A DNA stretch of 64,000 bases from Candidatus Nealsonbacteria bacterium (lineage in GTDB: Bacteria; Patescibacteriota; Minisyncoccia; Minisyncoccales; RBG-13-42-11), in assembly GCA_026396115.1 (NCBI GenBank), contig JAPLXL010000001.1, positions 2,761 through 66,760 of the forward strand. Direction: 5' to 3'. Under the pieces are notes generated by a model. The model saw nothing but the letters and a program-made list of their open reading frames with translations. It did not search any database and was not told where the DNA came from. Both the position numbers and the translations under genes were made by a program. Shown here piece after piece: positions 44,875 to 53,012 of the stretch. Numbering within the stretch: position 1 is the stretch's first letter; each line of letters begins with the position of its first letter.

Positions 44875-46543
44875 TTCTGTTGTCGCTACAACCGACAGTA
44901 GCAAGTTGTAATGAACTGTTTTCAAAAGGTAGATTAAACTCTATATCCAGTCTTTCGCCGGTTTTAATGATTTTTTCTGTTAATCGTTGGAGAATCTCCC
45001 TCTTAGTTTCATACGTAGCATTTTCAAGGCTTTCTTTCAATTGGGAATAGAGTTTTTTCACAGAACCTATTCGTTTTTCCTTTTCGCCTTCTGTCAATAA
45101 AAGCTGAGATAGTTTCTCCTCCTCTTTTTTAAATGTCTCTATTTCCGTTTCGCATTCCCGGACCTTCTTATCATAGAATTCTTTAGTGATAGAACTTTCA
45201 GCATAAAGTTCGGCATACCTTTCCTTCTCGATGTTTAAAGAATCTATCGCATTTTTTATATTTTTTAACTGTCCCTCAATTTTATTTTTTCTACCTTTTT
45301 GGTTTATGTAATCCTTAAGTTCCTGCATTATTATGTCAGGGTTAGTGAGGATTTCTTTTAACTTATCCCATACAGGTGGCACGATTCGGGATTCGCTTAT
45401 GGTCGGGACGATGCATTTCTTGGGAGTAAAATAGCTCCTATTTCCCGTGCAGAAGTAATATTTTGTTTCGCTTGAACCCCTTTTTTTAGAATGATAAACC
45501 CTTCTGGCGCATTGATAGTGGTAGCCGTCAAAACCGCAAATTATCTTATGTTGAAGAATATAAACTTGCTTTGTATTTCTGGGAGATAACTCTTTGTTCT
45601 TTTGTAGTTGTAACTGAGCTTTCTCGAATAATTTTTCAGGAATAATTTTAAGGTCCCGATCCTCGACTTTTATCCATTCTTCCTTTGGTCTTAAATTTTT
45701 TTCATTTTTTGTTTTTGTAGGATTTTTATATTTTCTGTAGTAATAGATTCCTGTAGCATAGAAATCATTTCTTATGATTCTTCCGATGGTTTTTCTATTC
45801 CACCAACATTTACTTCCTGTTTTCTTTTTTCTCCCTAAGTCGTCATATTTAGTGGGAACTTTCATTCGGTTTATTCTTTGCTGAATTTTGTATTCGCTTA
45901 GTTTTTCTTCTACGAGCCACGAAAAGAGCATTTTTACAATAGAGAGTTCTTGTTCGTTTCTTTTCAGCTTTTGATTTTTTTCGTTTATATCATACCCATA
46001 ACGAGCAGTGCCACTTAGATATTTTCCTTCTTTCATTGCCTTTATCATTCCCTCATTTCTTGACTCTAATCCTACCTCTCGCATCCATTCTGCAAATACT
46101 CCTGCGTTCGCAAACATTGCCCGGCCGGTTGGAGTTGATGTATCAAATGGCTCTGTGACTGATTTAAACTCTATACCTATCTCTCTTAACTCGGCTACCG
46201 TGTTTAATAATAACCTAAGGTTCCTAAAGAATCGATCCATTCTGTAGACAGTGATTACGTCAAATTCTCTATTCTTAGCGTCTGTTAGGAGTTTCTGTAG
46301 TCCGGGGCGTTTATCAACTCCTCCCGAATAGCCAATATCAACATAGATGTGCTTTTTGTCTAAATGATAGTCGTTTAGTCTAATAAAATCTTTTGCCTTT
46401 TCTTCCTGTGTTTGAGGGCTATAACCTTCTTTCCCGGCCTCGTCCGAAGAGCACCTGATATAAATCGCTGCCTTTTTGGTTTTTGTTGTTATCGGTTGTA
46501 TTCCGGCAGGGGGAGAATAGATAATTGTTGATGTTTTCGCCAT
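44864..46543 (-). CDS. Large serine recombinase (integrase)
   Basis: An N-terminal resolvase domain (AAIYIRCSSDEAGKEGYSPQTQ), a recombinase domain, Cys-containing zinc-ribbon-like region (CGFDGYHYQC..YYFC..C) and a C-terminal coiled coil. The last 3 codons and the stop lie in core/host sequence. Confidence 0.9.
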   Translation of the reverse strand: MAKTSTIIYSPPAGIQPITTKTKKAAIYIRCSSDEAGKEGYSPQTQEEKAKDFIRLNDYHLDKKHIYVDIGYSGGVDKRPGLQKLLTDAKNREFDVITVYRMDRFFRNLRLLLNTVAELREIGIEFKSVTEPFDTSTPTGRAMFANAGVFAEWMREVGLESRNEGMIKAMKEGKYLSGTARYGYDINEKNQKLKRNEQELSIVKMLFSWLVEEKLSEYKIQQRINRMKVPTKYDDLGRKKKTGSKCWWNRKTIGRIIRNDFYATGIYYYRKYKNPTKTKNEKNLRPKEEWIKVEDRDLKIIPEKLFEKAQLQLQKNKELSPRNTKQVYILQHKIICGFDGYHYQCARRVYHSKKRGSSETKYYFCTGNRSYFTPKKCIVPTISESRIVPPVWDKLKEILTNPDIIMQELKDYINQKGRKNKIEGQLKNIKNAIDSLNIEKERYAELYAESSITKEFYDKKVRECETEIETFKKEEEKLSQLLLTEGEKEKRIGSVKKLYSQLKESLENATYETKREILQRLTEKIIKTGERLDIEFNLPFENSSLQLATVGCSDNRRMD

Positions 46544-46764
46544 ATTATTCTTTTACTTTTAAGTTCTAATCGACCTTTTTAAAGAAGCCCGCCTGGACTG
46601 ATCAAGCGGGCTTCTTTAATAGCTGATCAGTCCGGCCTTAATTATTTGTTGTTATATGTTCTAATAGGCTTCTCAATACAACACATGCCGTTATCAAGAC
46701 ACTAAGTCAAGCTGAAAGAGTGAATAACTTTCCTTCCCCATTCTTAAGAATTTTCTATATTTAC

Positions 46765-47349
46765 TTATTGGTTTTCTTCTTTTATTTCTCCCTGGAGGGC
46801 TTTCCTTAATTCCTCCTGGGCTTCGTGAACGACCTTTATGATTTTCTCGTTTTTGGTTAAGAAGATGTTTATTGGCGGGGCCTGTATTGGTATTATTTCT
46901 TGCCCGATTGATTTCCCTAATTCTATCCTCGCTACTTCCCACATCTTTTTGAAGTCGCTGGCGCTTGGTATTATGTCTCCAGAGAGTATGGCCTGGTTAT
47001 ACCTTATCATTGTATTCTTTACTGCCTTTAAGATATCGGATTTCCTTGCGATGGCTTCTTTGATTGCTATCTGTTCGGCCCTGTCGAATACTTCCTGGTC
47101 CATAATGGAAATTCTTTCTTGCCATTTAAACTTTCGAGACCAATTCTTTAATGTTTCCAAAGAAACCGCCTTTTTTGGTATAGTTTTAGTATAATGCTGG
47201 TATAGTTTTTCCAGGCTTCTTTCTTCTAAATTAAAATAGACCAGAAATGCCTCTCTTTGTTTTGGTGTTTCTTTTGTTGCGATTTGTTTGTTTTTTTCCA
47301 TAGACGTAGTTTTACCCCAGTTGGTCCCTGAAAGCTTCACACTGTCCAT
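46765..47349 (-). CDS. Hypothetical DNA-binding-like protein (terminase-small-subunit-like HTH; possible directionality factor)
   Basis: The SLETLKNWSRKFKWQERI pattern resembles phage small-terminase/HTH N-termini. This is weak evidence, and an alternative start lies at 47301. Confidence 0.4.
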   Translation of the reverse strand: MDSVKLSGTNWGKTTSMEKNKQIATKETPKQREAFLVYFNLEERSLEKLYQHYTKTIPKKAVSLETLKNWSRKFKWQERISIMDQEVFDRAEQIAIKEAIARKSDILKAVKNTMIRYNQAILSGDIIPSASDFKKMWEVARIELGKSIGQEIIPIQAPPINIFLTKNEKIIKVVHEAQEELRKALQGEIKEENQ

Positions 47350-47550
47350 TCTGATTGCTCAAACTTCGCTTATTATTCCAGGATTGATGCTTTCCTGGCT
47401 TGTTCCGATCTTTTTATTTCCACTCTATCTCTTTTTCTGAGCCCGCAAATTCTGAAAAATCGTCTTTTCTCTTATAACCATCGCTTACCATTTTCATCGT
47501 CTTATCAAGTAAATAGTAGCGATTATTCAGTAATTAGATAAAAAGAATAT

Positions 47551-47696
47551 CGCAAAACTTTAGTTTTGCCGTTATTATACTCTTAGTATAATAACGATAC
47601 TTAGTATTGTTATAGTTAGTATTGTTAGATGCTCCCACAGATAAATCACTCTACTCTGTCAGACAAATCACCTGATTACTCTGTCAGACAAATCAC
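47551..47696. repeat. Palindrome and iteron cluster (candidate origin/operator of the element)
   Basis: GCAAAACT-TT-AGTTTTGC (47551-47568); CGTTATTATACT-CTT-AGTATAATAACG (47569-47595); TTAGTATTGTTA twice (47600, 47615); ACTCTGTCAGACAAATCACC twice (47652-47671, 47677-47696). Confidence 0.8.
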
Positions 47697-48079
47697 CCTG
47701 CTTTAACTGGAATGCTTTTGAACGGTCTGTATTCTTTTCCTTGATTAGACCAGTTAGACACTGGTTTCCACTCGCTTCTATCTAAAAGCCAATAGACGTT
47801 AGATTGTGTTTTTCCTCGCCTTTCAACAACAATTATATTGCATGCTTTTAATTTTTTAATGCCTCTTTCCGCAGATGCTATCGAAATCCCCAATTCTATC
47901 GCTAAATGTTTCAGAGAAGGAAAACAAGTTTCATCTTTGGCGTGCCGACAAAGAGCCATATAAACAGATTGTCCATAAACTCCAACATTTTTGGCATAAC
48001 CATTGAGAAATTCGTTATCAATATAATAACGATGCTCTTTCCTTTTATCTCTTACTTTGAATAATATTTGTTGTTTCAT
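47693..48079 (-). CDS. Winged-helix/HTH protein (replication-initiator-like or regulator)
   Basis: VYMALCRHAKDETCFPSLKHLAIELGISIASAERGIKKLKACNIIVVERRGK. Confidence 0.6.
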   Translation of the reverse strand: MKQQILFKVRDKRKEHRYYIDNEFLNGYAKNVGVYGQSVYMALCRHAKDETCFPSLKHLAIELGISIASAERGIKKLKACNIIVVERRGKTQSNVYWLLDRSEWKPVSNWSNQGKEYRPFKSIPVKAG

Positions 48080-48119
48080 CTATTTATAGGTTAATAACAA
48101 AAAAAGCCGAAAAGCTAAG

Positions 48120-48386
48120 CTATGCCTTCGGTACGCTATATTTATCGCTACTTGCCCAATTATTCCTCACATTTAAAACCACCTTCTTTATTAGAGGTGA
48201 TATTCTACCCCCGAACATTCTCTTAGTCTTTCTTTTACCTAAAACCTTCCAATATAGGCATCGGGGGTCTTCCGGCAATTCAACTCTCTCTTTGGCCCAA
48301 AAGTCGAGGGGGCATTTTGGGATGTCGCAACTTTCAAATCTCGGGCATCTTTTCATATTTCGATTGTTTTCTTTTTCTGTTGGCAT
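48120..48386 (-). CDS. Small Cys-containing protein
   Basis: 88 aa, including CPRFESCDIPKCPLDFW. Confidence 0.45.
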   Translation of the reverse strand: MPTEKENNRNMKRCPRFESCDIPKCPLDFWAKERVELPEDPRCLYWKVLGKRKTKRMFGGRISPLIKKVVLNVRNNWASSDKYSVPKA

Positions 48387-48645
48387 TTGATTTTTTGTTT
48401 ATTAGATGAATTATTTTTGGACAATAATAAATCCCAAGTTTCCCAGAGCAATTTCCGGTTTTGTTCCCGAGATGAATCATTTGATAATCCAACCTTTTTT
48501 ATTTCAAAATTTTTCTCTTTCTGGTTCAGCATAATTACTCCTTGTTATATAAATAAATTAGATTCACCTTGATTTTCTTATTCCTTTTATTACTCTTCGT
48601 TCTGAATTTTTTCTCTTTTACCATTCATTTTTTATTAAATGAAAA

Positions 48646-48669
48646 AACGGAAGCGTTTGCGCTTCCGTT
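48646..48669. terminator. Strong 10-bp hairpin in the divergent control region of the element
   Basis: AACGGAAGCG-TTTG-CGCTTCCGTT, flanked by an A-run on the left and T-rich sequence on the right, so it could terminate in either direction. Confidence 0.45.
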
Positions 48670-49034
48670 TGATATTTCTTTTAAACAAGAAAGGGCTGAA
48701 AAATAAAATCGGAAACGCAAACACAAATAGTGTAAACGTTTTTGACTTTATTTCTCAGCCCTTCAACTCCTCATATCGAGGCGAAAGAATAAAACTGACA
48801 TTTCGGCCGTCAAGCCTAATCTACTTGGTTTTATTTTTCAATTACCTCCGATATTCATAAGGAGAGTCGCATTGAAATCAAAACTTATTAAATACTTAAG
48901 GAACTATATTTTATAATAGCAAGCCCAAGAGGCGATGTCAACTGATTTTATTTTTTGACCGGGTATGCTAATCTAAAATCAGACAACTTAATATTTAATT
49001 GCCTAAACCTTATTTTATAAGGCACGGCATAAAA

Positions 49035-49150
49035 TCCACGTGTATACTGAGCCCGTCGCTCAGGCTCCATACACGTGGTCATATCTCGAAAGAGATATGG
49101 AGACGCAAGTCTCGGCCTAACGGCGGGCTTTGTGTTTTACCGCCAGATAC
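49035..49150 (+). ncRNA. Candidate structured 5' leader RNA; partial resemblance to the c-di-GMP-I (GEMM) riboswitch core
   Basis: CCACGTGTAT..(CTGAGC-N5-GCTCAG)..ATACACGTGG; CATATCTC-GAAA-GAGATATG; GAGAC-GCAA-GTCTC; GGCCTAAC GGCGG-N13-CCGCC. Its GC content is well above the surrounding sequence, and it ends ~30 nt before the ATG at 49177. Confidence 0.35.
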
Positions 49151-49176
49151 AATCTCTATTTGATTAAGTATGATCT

Positions 49177-49764
49177 ATGCTATCAAAAGAAGCGTTAGAT
49201 GCATTCAAAAAACAATATAAAGAGGAGCACGGAAAAGAGTTGTCTGACGATGAGGCTCTGGCTATTGCGCTCCACGAAAACGCTATTTTGCACACACAGA
49301 AATTTATTCCCGCAATAGAAAAAGAAATTGGAGAAATTGATTCCGATACAAAATCTAGGCTTGCAGAAGACATTTCAAGTTTCTTTTTGAGCCTAATTTT
49401 TATTTATTTAGGCTGGGATAAGAAGTTTGATAATCTGCGCCCTCTGGTTCTAAAGGAATACGAGAAATTTATTAAAGATAATTCCGGAGCAATAAATGAA
49501 GGACAGGGTAGAACAATCCATAACTTTCTTATCGATAAGCTACGTGACAATATAATGTGGTTGTCTACGCCATTTGAGAAGAGAGCAGTAGTCGATAAGA
49601 TAGCTTCTGCTATTAAAATTGCCCTCGGTGTATCTGGTCGTATTTCACGTTTTGGACACGACTACAAACCCATTGTCGAACTGTTTGTTTATAATACAGA
49701 GCTCAGCATGTATCACTTCGGAATAATTTCAGAGGCGACTAATAAAGGAAAACTATTTTATTAG
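49177..49764 (+). CDS. Hypothetical protein (first rightward gene of the element)
   Basis: 195-aa ORF with no recognised family. Confidence 0.5.
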   Translation: MLSKEALDAFKKQYKEEHGKELSDDEALAIALHENAILHTQKFIPAIEKEIGEIDSDTKSRLAEDISSFFLSLIFIYLGWDKKFDNLRPLVLKEYEKFIKDNSGAINEGQGRTIHNFLIDKLRDNIMWLSTPFEKRAVVDKIASAIKIALGVSGRISRFGHDYKPIVELFVYNTELSMYHFGIISEATNKGKLFY

Positions 49765-49882
49765 TAACGAATCGTTGACAGGAAGCTTTCTATTTACTCT
49801 TTACTTCGCAAACGACAAATAACTTTATGAAAGAAAAAATTAAGAAAGGTCAGAGATTATTAAAAATTAACATTAAAAAATT

Positions 49883-50227
49883 ATGAAAAAAACAATAATT
49901 ATTACACTTATCTTGGCGCTTTTGTTAATTCCAAGAACAAGCGTTCTCGCCTCAACAACAGATCTTGAAATACAAATATTGAAGATAAGAATCCAGATCC
50001 TTGAATTGCAGATACAACGATTGCTGATTTTGCTGAATGAGATTCAACTAAGTAAAATAGAAACGAATGAAATAACCGAAAAAGCGGTAATTGAGGATAG
50101 TCCAGAAATTAAGCCAGAAAGTAAATCAGAGATAGAAATACCAGCACCACAAAAAAGAGCTCAGGATTGTTTATTACGTCATCCAGGGCAGCCACAATAT
50201 TGTAATTTTTCTGGTGCCCAAGAATAA
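49883..50227 (+). CDS. Small secreted protein
   Basis: A signal peptide MKKTIIITLILALLLIPRTSVLA and a leucine-zipper-like ILKIRIQILELQIQRLLILL. Confidence 0.5.
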   Translation: MKKTIIITLILALLLIPRTSVLASTTDLEIQILKIRIQILELQIQRLLILLNEIQLSKIETNEITEKAVIEDSPEIKPESKSEIEIPAPQKRAQDCLLRHPGQPQYCNFSGAQE

Positions 50228-50240
50228 ATTATAAAAAGAA

Positions 50241-50489
50241 ATGAAAGAGAAAATTGAGAAGATTATAAAATACTTAAATAAATATCTTCCCGACATTCTG
50301 TTTCTAATAGGAGTTTGGGTTGCATCTTATAATTTATTAAGACCATCTCAAAAAGTAGGACTTCTACCGTCTTTGCCATCACTTACACACACCGAATATT
50401 TCACAGAGTATAAGGTTTTGGGAATAATGTTAATTGCGCTTGCTCTTGATATAGCTATTAGACGCTATTCCGCTAAAAGGAATAAATAG
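50241..50489 (+). CDS. Small membrane protein (MKEKIEKI head)
   Basis: 82 aa, two hydrophobic segments. Confidence 0.5.
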   Translation: MKEKIEKIIKYLNKYLPDILFLIGVWVASYNLLRPSQKVGLLPSLPSLTHTEYFTEYKVLGIMLIALALDIAIRRYSAKRNK

Positions 50490-50528
50490 TGAGTAGCGAG
50501 GTGGGGTAAAATAAGGTAAAATAAATCT

Positions 50529-50942
50529 ATGAGAAAAATTACTAAATACTTTGTTGGTGGAATAATTGTATTGGTATTAGTTTTTGTTTTACTAAGTTCT
50601 TTTGTTATTGATGTTGGTATAAATAGTATTTTTTTTATTAAAAGAGATTTTAATCAAGCTTTCACATACCGAGCAACTGGCGATTGTGATTCGTTTGTAA
50701 ATTATTTATCTCGTGATACTGAGAAGTGGAAAAAAACTTGTGAAGAAGAAAAAAGTCATAATGCAGAACCAATAAGAAATTTTGAAATTCAGAATATTTC
50801 GCATCGTTTTGGAAGCGACCGTGCATTTTTACAGGTTGAGCTTACACGAAATACAACAGAGGGAAAAGATTATTCTTATTCAGTAAATTATGAAATGAGA
50901 AAATTTGGATTTGATTGGAAAATTGACCAAGAGATGAAATAA
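50529..50942 (+). CDS. Membrane-anchored hypothetical protein
   Basis: 137 aa with an N-terminal TM segment. Confidence 0.5.
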   Translation: MRKITKYFVGGIIVLVLVFVLLSSFVIDVGINSIFFIKRDFNQAFTYRATGDCDSFVNYLSRDTEKWKKTCEEEKSHNAEPIRNFEIQNISHRFGSDRAFLQVELTRNTTEGKDYSYSVNYEMRKFGFDWKIDQEMK

Positions 50943-50946
50943 ATCT

Positions 50947-51513
50947 ATGAAAGAAAAAATTAAGAAAATTATATGGATTTCTGGTGGGTGCGATTATGGA
51001 AAAACGGCATTTGTAGATTCTATAATCAAAGAATTTAAAAATAAAAATAAGAAAACCTACAAATTAGACGGAAAAGATTTCATAGGTTTTTTAGTTAAAA
51101 ATATAAGGAATAAGAATCCTATTGAGAATTTTGTATCTCGTTTTCAAAACCATGATTTGCTGGTGTTGGACGATATAGATTATGGTTTATTAAGTAAACC
51201 AGCCACCCAAAGAGCAGTTAAAGAGGTAATACAAAGGATAACTGATAACAATAAAACCAAAATAATCTTGATTACACAAAAAAGAGCGAGGAAGATGAGG
51301 AAACTGAAGTTTGACAGCAATTGTTGTGAGTATATCCGATTAAAAGCCCCTTCAACTGATTTCAAGATAAAATTAGTTAAAGAGTGGTTGGAAAAAGAAA
51401 AACTTGCTATCCCACAAGATAAAATTGAAGAAATCGTAAACAAATCTAATAATTTATTCCAACTTAAGGGATTATTGAATCAAATTTCTTTTCCCACAAA
51501 ATATAGCGAGTAG
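50947..51513 (+). CDS. P-loop NTPase, DnaA/DnaC-like AAA core (MKEKIKKI head)
   Basis: A Walker A-like GGCDYGKTAF and a Walker B LLVLDDIDY. Confidence 0.55.
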   Translation: MKEKIKKIIWISGGCDYGKTAFVDSIIKEFKNKNKKTYKLDGKDFIGFLVKNIRNKNPIENFVSRFQNHDLLVLDDIDYGLLSKPATQRAVKEVIQRITDNNKTKIILITQKRARKMRKLKFDSNCCEYIRLKAPSTDFKIKLVKEWLEKEKLAIPQDKIEEIVNKSNNLFQLKGLLNQISFPTKYSE

Positions 51514-51551
51514 CAGGGGCACGGTAGGGCAAAATGAGGTAAAATAAATCT

Positions 51552-51827
51552 ATGAAAGAAAAAATTAAGAAAATTTTATTCGTAATCGCCGAAGTCGGAA
51601 CAGTTACCTGGGCAATTGTAGGAATGGGAACCGTAGTGGCAACCCTAACTAATATCCTTCAAGCATTTACAACTGGACAGATAGGCAAACTACCAGCGAC
51701 TCAACAAGCGATTTTTCGGCTCTCAGAAACAGCAGGTTTTAGTTATCTTATAATAAAGCTATTATTTTATTTTCTTTCGGCAGCTTTAATTCTTTATCTA
51801 TTAAGAAAATATGAAAGGAAAAATTAA
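51552..51827 (+). CDS. Small membrane protein (MKEKIKKI head)
   Basis: 91 aa, two TM segments. Confidence 0.5.
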   Translation: MKEKIKKILFVIAEVGTVTWAIVGMGTVVATLTNILQAFTTGQIGKLPATQQAIFRLSETAGFSYLIIKLLFYFLSAALILYLLRKYERKN

Positions 51828-51836
51828 GAAAACAAA

Positions 51837-51861
51837 ACGCCCATCACTGGGTGTTTTTTTA
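51837..51861 (+). terminator. Intrinsic terminator ending the rightward small-gene array
   Basis: ACGCCCA-TCAC-TGGGTGT followed by T7. Confidence 0.7.
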
Positions 51862-52175
51862 TTCCCTTTTTTATAGTGTCTAATCTGTTGTCTTTCTTTT
51901 GTTTTTGTTCTTGTTTTTTCATAGCCGAGTCATTTACTCGTCTTCTGCTTTTAAGCTCCACAGAATCGATCCTGGTTGTTCAAGAGTCGTCTATTTTGTT
52001 AGTTTTACCGTCGTTTTGGCTGATAATGCCGTAAGTTGGTTTACCTGTCTCTAAATAAAAAACCCGATAATGATGGGCGTTTTTTATTTAGGATAGTAAT
52101 TTTTGAAAAGTTGTGATACTCTAAAAATGTAACCTTAATTCAATCAAATTCGACAAATTAGTCTAAAAATTTAAC

Positions 52176-53012
52176 ATGGCTAATCTTTTTCAATTAAACA
52201 AAAAATATGGAGAATGGGCTGAAAACACAGTTTTCCATTATTTTAAAGAGAACAGAGATAAAATCGGCTTAGATGTTTTTTATTACGGATCGCAAGTGGC
52301 TACACGCAAAAAAGACACGACGGATGCCCCACTAAGACCCGATTTTATTATTGTTAAAACTCAAAATGTTAAATTTTTGGAGAAGAAATACAACTTAGAT
52401 TTTAATAATATTGATGCCGAACGAATTAAAGAATTGTTTAATCTTAATGAAGACTCCTTCAATTTTATAAAAGATAATCCTCATCTCTGGCTGACAAAGA
52501 TATTAGACAAAACTAAGTTCATGAAAGATTTAGTTTCAAAAGCACATTGTAGATTAGAAATAAAATCAGGCTTCGGTTTTTTTGTCCAAAAAAGATACGA
52601 AAAAGGGCAATATAATATTATTGTAGGAAGTGATTTCCAAAAAAGAATGAACGTTCTGAATAGAAGATTTAACTGTAAGCTTAAAACTTATGTGGCCTAC
52701 GTTCAATTAAATAAAGTTTTTATAGCCGAATTGAATAAGATATTTGGTAAAGGTGGCGAATCAATTGTAAGACTTTATGAAAGACGAGGCACTTCAGATA
52801 TAAATAAAGTAAATACGCAAAATCTTAACTTTCTTAAGAGTTTTGAATTCGCAGACGTAGAGGGAGTTGTAGAAGAAAAAAACGGAGAATACTCCGTTAA
52901 GGCAAAACCATATATAGAGATCGTTGGAGGCACAGTAAGATTTAATTTAGACATGCCTCCTGGCATTCTCAAAAATGTAATAATAGAAATTATTAAGAAT
53001 CTAAAAGAATAA
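52176..53012 (+). CDS. Probable type II restriction endonuclease (PD-ExK)
   Basis: LRPDFIIV ... CRLEIKSG fits PD...ExK. It converges on, and overlaps by 12 nt, the adjacent methyltransferase. Confidence 0.6.
   Translation: MANLFQLNKKYGEWAENTVFHYFKENRDKIGLDVFYYGSQVATRKKDTTDAPLRPDFIIVKTQNVKFLEKKYNLDFNNIDAERIKELFNLNEDSFNFIKDNPHLWLTKILDKTKFMKDLVSKAHCRLEIKSGFGFFVQKRYEKGQYNIIVGSDFQKRMNVLNRRFNCKLKTYVAYVQLNKVFIAELNKIFGKGGESIVRLYERRGTSDINKVNTQNLNFLKSFEFADVEGVVEEKNGEYSVKAKPYIEIVGGTVRFNLDMPPGILKNVIIEIIKNLKE

Noticed and set aside
48387-48860. Track ORFs 48387-48572 and 48639-48860 in the divergent control region of the element
   Set aside because: The translations are implausible, and the second spans a 10-bp hairpin and a 19-bp hairpin. 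The region is better explained as non-coding regulatory or structured sequence.
51834-52086. Imperfect inverted repeats (AAAACGCCCATCA...GGGTGTTTTT at 51834-51860; its reverse complement at 52057-52086) flanking 245 bp, considered as an invertible promoter switch or MITE
   Set aside because: The left arm is a canonical intrinsic terminator for the upstream gene, and the right arm looks like a decayed inverted copy. Perfect identity covers only 13 nt, there is no dedicated invertase, and no outward promoter is evident. It is worth a glance in read data for inversions, but the evidence is weak.
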